Shown here in pieces: positions 59,101 through 64,000 of a DNA stretch of 64,000 nucleotides. Numbering within the stretch: the first letter of the stretch is position 1; every line of letters begins with the position of its first letter. The notes under the pieces were generated by a model. The model saw only the letters and a list, made by a program, of their open reading frames with translations. It searched no databases and was not told the origin of the DNA. Origin of the DNA: Minisyncoccota bacterium (GTDB lineage Bacteria > Patescibacteriota > Minisyncoccia > Phycocordibacterales > JABAAK01); assembly GCA_958295675.1 (NCBI GenBank), contig OY282360.1:261466-325465 (forward strand). The letters run 5' to 3'. The position numbers and the translations under genes were made by a program.

Positions 59101-60329
59101 ACGCTGGCAGTGAAGTTGTGGTCGGAACCGGAATCTCAGAAATTTCTGCTATCTCACCCCTCGCGGACGGACCGGTATCTCTCTGTGTTATCGGCAGGGA
59201 TCAGGCAGGGAACTGGCAGCAAACCGGCACTCCGCACACCTGGACGAAGGACACCACCGGTCCGTCACTCACCTTTGTCTCGCTGACATCGGACAACACG
59301 GGTAATACCGCCTTTTCAAAAGAAAATCATGTACTCACGGCACTCGTGCGTGTTACTGATGCGAATCCGGCGGCAACATTTACTCCGACAGCGAGCATCG
59401 ATGTTTCCGGTCTGACACTCAGCGCGAAATTAGCATCGCGGCTTACCGACGGCAATATTCAGATTGTCGGCACGCTTCCGACATCACTCACCGGAATAAC
59501 CAACACAGCTACACCGTCGGTATCCGTCACCGGCAGCACTGTCGTTGACGCTGCGGGGAACGCTGCCACAGATTTGACACACGCCGCGACCGCGCACACC
59601 GTGGACGATCAGGCACCGACTGTATCGGCAGTATCCGCGACATCAAATGAGCGTGGGCGGACATCTATCTCCTTTACCACCGCGACTGCGACAGCACAGG
59701 AACCGCTTCAGGTAGTACTGAGCCACTCCTGCGACGCTGATGCCGGTTTTGATTCAAAGAGCGTGAGCGGTGCCGGCGCGCAGAGCGTGGTCTACAGCGG
59801 TATCAATGCCGAAACCTATAGCGACTGTACCGTGAAAGTGGTAGACCCGGTAGGACATGAATCCACACCGGTCTCTATCGCTGAGTTCAGCGTGCTGCGC
59901 AGAGGCGGGTCGGCAGGACCGGTCTCCGGAGGAGGCGGTTCCCGCGCTCCCTCACTGTCCGAAAGCCGACAGGGTCCGTCAGCATCCGCATCTCGGGTAA
60001 TCGGATCATCGGCAGGAGCCGCAGCAGCACCTGTCGTGCTATACCGCCGCGGTGATGAGAATCCGCAGATCAGGCAGATACAGCAGTCACTCAATTATCT
60101 CGGACACACAATCGCGGAGAGCGGTCCCGGCTCACCGGGAAGCGAGACCGATTATTTCGGACCGGCAACAGAGCGCGCGGTGATGAGTTTCCAGCAAGCG
60201 AACAGTATGTCCGCAACAGGTGTACTTGACGGAACGACCGTAAGGCAGATTCTCATCATGACGATCATTAAGAGAATAGAGGCAATCAAATTGAGAATTG
60301 CGGAACTGCAGAGCGCAGAGGGAGAGTAG
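56127..60329 (+). CDS. Surface protein G7 (1400 aa): signal peptide, tandem bacterial Ig-like domains, C-terminal PG_binding_1-like peptidoglycan-binding domain
   Basis: Signal 'MYIKNKFSTRLSLTSGITALSIIVSVLAMSAMPAYA'. Repeated 'DTTAP(T/S)' Ig-domain boundaries. The C-terminus 'IRQIQQSLNYLGHTI...DYFGPATERAVMSFQQANSMSATGVLDGTTVRQIL' matches the PG_binding_1 pattern (vk.lQ..L..lGy...vDG.fG..T..AV..FQ...gL..dGivg..T). It has no cadherin-like, GLUG or dockerin-like modules. Confidence 0.8.
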   Translation: MYIKNKFSTRLSLTSGITALSIIVSVLAMSAMPAYATTPGGTLSGHAPTEASNPSVRAYTSDTSGVKLRIRPSITTALSNTVPFPAGDVSTKEFLIYSRIFYDSNKVTPSNLEIGGETYTGTVGGNATLVQDKYIHGGGINLSPINIYAGFYQLIDTLSITTPQASSHCLFNTGMIPDSIDGTDTSSATLATVKSTIEALGYDKCVLVGVSINGVRVENGISKNLFANALTTGTNLDLGDVNFNIEDGAGGNIDFLSWVFIKQGASSWNVSPGTITSISDSKPPTITLEENLPTTTSTTDDEFKMQVSEPIALNKVTVTCTPGTTYTPGGGTNINPTLIIADSTGGAARTTAIPKGVDVFVKISAGLTGSTRYTCAATVSDGTNTSASATQLGSFIFADTTAPMFDSIAVERSSTNNADAKSNKYAKEDDTVKVTLNFNENISSVGTVVIKMGGSSGTTVTSSDPKDPSDDTTFDGSSDTTSSVYYTFDVPSGVNGAVYVSAVNFIDKASAPNTQSVAQNYTTTTADDTLASFFVIDTVAPSAPSAPDLKAGSDTGHSDIDNITSNETPIITVDLATNADSTVDRARVTATKSSETVVGNRNGDGDVTLGTLAEGTWSVEVNAIDNAGNSIASGSPLSVRIDKTAPTSPTVPLNSAAPFASSDRYINSAESSTNAATVLVGTTTGGGKHDGSDAFAITASDTACQDGLTFGESDTVEVRDVSSDGVYRVCFRAADEAGNYAYATSPTFTKDTTDPTVFIIDLTVNNYQITAADANTPTASYVLNGIASSGVTCNAGQTYTPVPGNSQITITAGNLPCVSVADAAGNTIYSTSVTQGAAITGIGVSSETAGSKLIGGSSTFNVYGTGPAESTVTLRRRSTSTTTDTLSDYATVIGSDTIASGASTWSVAVNLADDTYDFATTSVLGDGTVLNTPVPYKGVVVDTTAPTASLSATPTAASVSNATTATATVAGTGVTHYKYEIVAGASCSGATYAGSEVVVGTGISEISAISPLADGPVSLCVIGRDQAGNWQQTGTPHTWTKDTTGPSLTFVSLTSDNTGNTAFSKENHVLTALVRVTDANPAATFTPTASIDVSGLTLSAKLASRLTDGNIQIVGTLPTSLTGITNTATPSVSVTGSTVVDAAGNAATDLTHAATAHTVDDQAPTVSAVSATSNERGRTSISFTTATATAQEPLQVVLSHSCDADAGFDSKSVSGAGAQSVVYSGINAETYSDCTVKVVDPVGHESTPVSIAEFSVLRRGGSAGPVSGGGGSRAPSLSESRQGPSASASRVIGSSAGAAAAPVVLYRRGDENPQIRQIQQSLNYLGHTIAESGPGSPGSETDYFGPATERAVMSFQQANSMSATGVLDGTTVRQILIMTIIKRIEAIKLRIAELQSAEGE

Positions 60330-60360
60330 GAAAAAATATGAGCGAATTCTTTCGCGGTAT

Positions 60361-60383
60361 GCCGCGCCCATTTCGGGCGCGGC
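60361..60383 (+). terminator. Intrinsic terminator candidate after G7 (9-bp GC stem GCCGCGCCC-attt(c)-GGGCGCGGC, then TTTgccgTATAT)
   Basis: Perfect GC-rich inverted repeat 32 nt after the stop codon, followed by a U-rich tract. Confidence 0.55.
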
Positions 60384-60552
60384 TTTGCCGTATATAAATG
60401 AATATGTAGTATTACTGTCCGCCGCGGAAACAGATATGTGCGGTCAGCGTTCAAGTAAATAAAAAAGTTATCAACACGGATAAAAATAAACAAGCGCAGT
60501 ATCAAGTATACTGGGATTATTACTATTAAAAAGGGTTAATACATTTTTTTGT

Positions 60553-63500
60553 ATGCATATAAGTCAAAGTATATTCTTGTCACGGTTTGTGGCAGTGTTT
60601 GTCTCAATGGCAATGATTTTTTCTGTAACGATGATTCCTGTCTCTTCCGCGCAGGTGCCTCCTGAGACACCGGCGGCAAATGACGGGCAGCAGGGAACTG
60701 GAGATGATTCTTCGGAAGAGCAAACAGACGAAACACAGTTACCGGATGATGAAGATACTTCAAACACTCAACCCGAAACACCGGCAGAGGATGACGCGAC
60801 CCTCTCGGCACTGACCCTCTCGGACGATAGAGCACTCAACGAACCGTTTGAGACAGCGACAACCGCCTACACCGCTGATGTGGCGAATACTATTGAAACA
60901 GTAACAGTCAGCGCGACAGCAACCAATAGCGATGCGACTGTTGTCTACACCGACACCACAGATGCCGACACAGACACGGTGGGACAGCAGGTCACGCTCA
61001 CGGAAGGAGAGAACACCGTAACGATAATAGTCACGGCACAGGACGGAGTAACCGTGCAGACCTATACCCTAACGATCACCAGAGCGGCTGAAGAGCCAAG
61101 TGAACCCGAGGATGATAATACGCAACCTGCAAATGAGCCAGCGGACGACGAAGAAGAACCTGTAGAGGAAGAGGAGGAATCAAACGAAGATGGAGAGGAA
61201 GAAAGTGAAGAGGAAGAACAGGAGGAGAGCGAAGAAGAGGAAGAGGAAACAGCACCGACGGCAGCACTCAGCGGTCTCACGGTCTCGGACACCGATCTTA
61301 ACGAAACATTTGATCCTGCTGTAACAAGTTACACGGCTGATGTTGCAAATGCTATTGAGAATGTAACGGTTACACCGACCGCAGACGATACGGTAACTGT
61401 GGCATTTACTGATACCACGGATGCCGACACGGAAGAAGAGGGACACCAGGTCGCGCTCACGGAAGGAGAGAACACCGTAACGATAACGGTAACTGCGCAG
61501 GACGGGGTAACCGTGCAGACCTATACGCTAACCATCACCAGAGCGGCTGAAGAGCCAAGTGAACCCGAGGATGACAATACGCAACCTGCAAATGAGCCGG
61601 CAGACGACGAAGAAGAACCTGTAGAGGAAGAGGAAGAATCAAGCGAAGAGGAAGAGGAAGAAAGTGAAGAGGAAAACGAAGAACAGGAAACACCGGCAGA
61701 GGATGATGCGACCCTCTCAGCACTGACCCTTTCGGACGATATATCGCTCAACGAACCGTTTGACGCGGCGACAACCGCCTATACCGCTGCTGTCGCGAAT
61801 GCCGTTGAAGCAGTAACCGTTACCGCGACACCGACGAATGACACCGCAACGGTCACGTACGATCCGACTGATGCCGATACGGAAGAAGAGGGACACCAAA
61901 TCAATCTCACGGAAAGGGAGAACACGATAACGATAACGGTACAGGACGGGGTAACCGTACAAACCTATACACTCACCATTACCAGAGCGGCGGAAGAGGA
62001 AAGTGAGGAAGAAGAGGAAACACCGACACCAACACTCAGCAATCTCACGGTCTCGGACACTAATCTTAACGAACCGTTTGACTCGGAGACAACCGCCTAC
62101 ACCGCTGATGTTGCAAATGAGATTGAAAATGTGACAGTAACACCGACCGCAGACGATGCAATGACCGTGGCATTTACTGATACAACGGATGCCGACACGG
62201 AAGAAGACGGACACCAAGTCAATCTAACAGAAGGAGAGAACACCGTAACGATAACGGTAACCGCAGAGGACGGGGTAACGGTGCAAACCTATACACTCAC
62301 TATCACCAGAGCGGTGGAAGAGGAAGAGCCAAGTGAACCCGAGGACGACGATGCAGCAGAGCCGGCAGACGAAGAAGAGGAGGAAACACCGGAGCCAGTT
62401 GTGGAAAGCGTACCGGAGCCGACCGTTGAAGTAATGGCACCGCCACAACCACAGGCACAACGGCAGCAGGCGCAACTTCCCGGTGACGACACCTCGGATA
62501 CGCAGGCGGCACCGACCACTGCGTATACGGTAAGCATCAAACCGAATGCGATAAACGACACTGGTTCGTCAAATAGCGATAATGTCACCAAGAACAAGAG
62601 ACCGGCAATTCGAATTAGTCAAGCGTCTGACTATGGTCCGGAGACGGGTCAAAATAATCACCAAGCGAATGTTCGGTTAAAGTCTGGCGCCTGTCCGGCG
62701 GCTTTGCCAACTGACACCAACACGCAGGCGCTAAGTCAGGCCGGATGGTCAATATGGTATGGAGGCTTTGCCTTAACTGCTGGTACTACCACATACAGAA
62801 CGCTGGATGTTGCAAGATCTGCCGCGAGTGATCTGTCTGACGGACAGTATTGTGCACTGGGATATTACAACACAGACCATGCGGGCGGTGCTACATCTAA
62901 TACACTGGTAACGGCCTCATACGGAATGAGGACAATAACGATAGACAGCACCGCACCGTCCGCACCGACGCTTGCCATTGCTTCTGGTGGCGGGACACTG
63001 AGACCGACAGTAAGAGTGAGCGGGCTTGAGAATACTGGTAGTGTTAAGGTACAACTGTTTACTGCTCTCAACACTGGTGATGTCACTCAATGTGCTTCAA
63101 GCGCGAGTGCAGTTGTAACAACCAGTGCGGGTGAGACATCCAAGGATGTGCTGGCGACCGTAGATGTGACTGCCGGTAACAATATATATGCCAACCAAAT
63201 AGATGCTGCTGGCAACACATCTAACTGCAGCGGTTATTTACAAAACATCAGCAAGACAGCCACACCGACCGGGCTTGATTTAGATGATTCAACCAACTCG
63301 GGATCAAACACCGACAGTATCACCAACAACACAACACCGAAGATAGCATTCACCGCGGCGAGCGGTGCCACGATTGCGGCAACATTCAGCAGCAAGCCGT
63401 CCGGTGCGAGTTCGCTGAGCGACACGATACCCGTCTCAACAACCGGCACAAGCCCCACTCTCGCCGAGACAAGCGGATCATATACGCTCACCCTCCCGAC

Positions 63501-64000
63501 CCTGAGTACGAACGGTGACTACGAGGTCTCCATCACCGCGCAGGGGAGCGGGGAAACGGTCTCCGCTGCCGCAACCTACACCTTCACCCTGGACACGGTA
63601 GCACCGTCTGCCAGTAATGTCAGACTGAGCATCGCGGCGCCGTTTGCCTCGGATCGGTATATAAATGATAGTGAGAAGGCGAATACCAACACGCTTGTTG
63701 GTAGTGTGACCGCGACGGGACACAGTGCCGCACTGGACAGATTTGCGGTTATTGCTGCAACCGGAGGAGTATGTGACAATACGGTTACCTTTGAAACAAA
63801 AGCGAACACCACCGCGGCAGATGCTGCAACGGACGGTGAATATATAATCTGTTACCGCGCGCAGGATGCGGCGACGAACAGCACATATATAGTAAGTATT
63901 GACACATTTACCCGCGACACCGCTGCACCGACCGTTGCTATTTCCACAAATGACTATATTGAAACAGACGGTGTATGGCACAACGGTGATATATATTTAA
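60553..64000 (+). CDS. Giant secreted surface protein G8 (3' partial, more than 1149 aa in window): distinct signal peptide, 4 cadherin-like domains in an acidic stalk, conserved QQAQLPGDDTSDTQ hinge, Ig-like domains
   Basis: ATG at 60553 begins 'MHISQSIFLSRFVAVFVSMAMIFSVTMIPVSSAQ'. The frame stays open to the window end (spot-checked at 62461-62700 and 63961-64000). Cadherin-like units at about 60790, 61255, 61690 and 62020. It is absent from the ORF track because there is no stop in the window. Confidence 0.8.
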   Translation, partial: MHISQSIFLSRFVAVFVSMAMIFSVTMIPVSSAQVPPETPAANDGQQGTGDDSSEEQTDETQLPDDEDTSNTQPETPAEDDATLSALTLSDDRALNEPFETATTAYTADVANTIETVTVSATATNSDATVVYTDTTDADTDTVGQQVTLTEGENTVTIIVTAQDGVTVQTYTLTITRAAEEPSEPEDDNTQPANEPADDEEEPVEEEEESNEDGEEESEEEEQEESEEEEEETAPTAALSGLTVSDTDLNETFDPAVTSYTADVANAIENVTVTPTADDTVTVAFTDTTDADTEEEGHQVALTEGENTVTITVTAQDGVTVQTYTLTITRAAEEPSEPEDDNTQPANEPADDEEEPVEEEEESSEEEEEESEEENEEQETPAEDDATLSALTLSDDISLNEPFDAATTAYTAAVANAVEAVTVTATPTNDTATVTYDPTDADTEEEGHQINLTERENTITITVQDGVTVQTYTLTITRAAEEESEEEEETPTPTLSNLTVSDTNLNEPFDSETTAYTADVANEIENVTVTPTADDAMTVAFTDTTDADTEEDGHQVNLTEGENTVTITVTAEDGVTVQTYTLTITRAVEEEEPSEPEDDDAAEPADEEEEETPEPVVESVPEPTVEVMAPPQPQAQRQQAQLPGDDTSDTQAAPTTAYTVSIKPNAINDTGSSNSDNVTKNKRPAIRISQASDYGPETGQNNHQANVRLKSGACPAALPTDTNTQALSQAGWSIWYGGFALTAGTTTYRTLDVARSAASDLSDGQYCALGYYNTDHAGGATSNTLVTASYGMRTITIDSTAPSAPTLAIASGGGTLRPTVRVSGLENTGSVKVQLFTALNTGDVTQCASSASAVVTTSAGETSKDVLATVDVTAGNNIYANQIDAAGNTSNCSGYLQNISKTATPTGLDLDDSTNSGSNTDSITNNTTPKIAFTAASGATIAATFSSKPSGASSLSDTIPVSTTGTSPTLAETSGSYTLTLPTLSTNGDYEVSITAQGSGETVSAAATYTFTLDTVAPSASNVRLSIAAPFASDRYINDSEKANTNTLVGSVTATGHSAALDRFAVIAATGGVCDNTVTFETKANTTAADAATDGEYIICYRAQDAATNSTYIVSIDTFTRDTAAPTVAISTNDYIETDGVWHNGDIYL

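Overview
This 64-kb window has a short housekeeping stretch (1-7.3 kb) followed by about 56 kb taken up by eight giant secreted surface-protein genes on the + strand. All calls below are my reading of motifs in the ORF translations; no search was run.

Housekeeping block: the 3' end of a NusB gene fused to a NUDIX domain, RNase III, a membrane-anchored hypothetical, a PurF-type amidophosphoribosyltransferase, a DUF805 membrane protein (- strand) and a short SMC-family ATPase.

Giant-gene array: eight genes of 934 to 3724 aa (G1-G8). Each is built from acidic poly-Glu/Asp stalks, cadherin-like beta-sandwich domains, 7-9-blade FG-GAP beta-propellers, FN3 domains, GLUG-type beta-helix regions, Ig-like domains and Ca-loop motifs.
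- G2-G6 share a conserved promoter/5'-leader/signal-peptide cassette.
- G1-G6 share a C-terminal tandem pair of about 62-aa dockerin-like calcium-loop modules.
- Intragenic and intergenic repeats are often near-identical at nucleotide level, which points to ongoing recombination or gene conversion.
- G7 is a different type: Ig-like repeats ending in a PG_binding_1-like peptidoglycan-binding domain.
- G8 runs off the 3' end of the window.

Interspersed in the array: a Doc-family toxin with a candidate antitoxin, a Fic-family protein, a ComF-like gene fragment flanked by a perfect 37-bp direct-repeat pair, a 3x40-bp dyad tandem repeat, and a conserved 46-47-aa single-TM ORF present after both G1 and G2.

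Coding DNA appears GC-rich and intergenic DNA AT-rich. The architecture (giant proteins, short SMC homologue, fused NusB-NUDIX, candidate leaderless promoters) fits an uncultivated, possibly episymbiotic, bacterium. That lineage guess is inference only.
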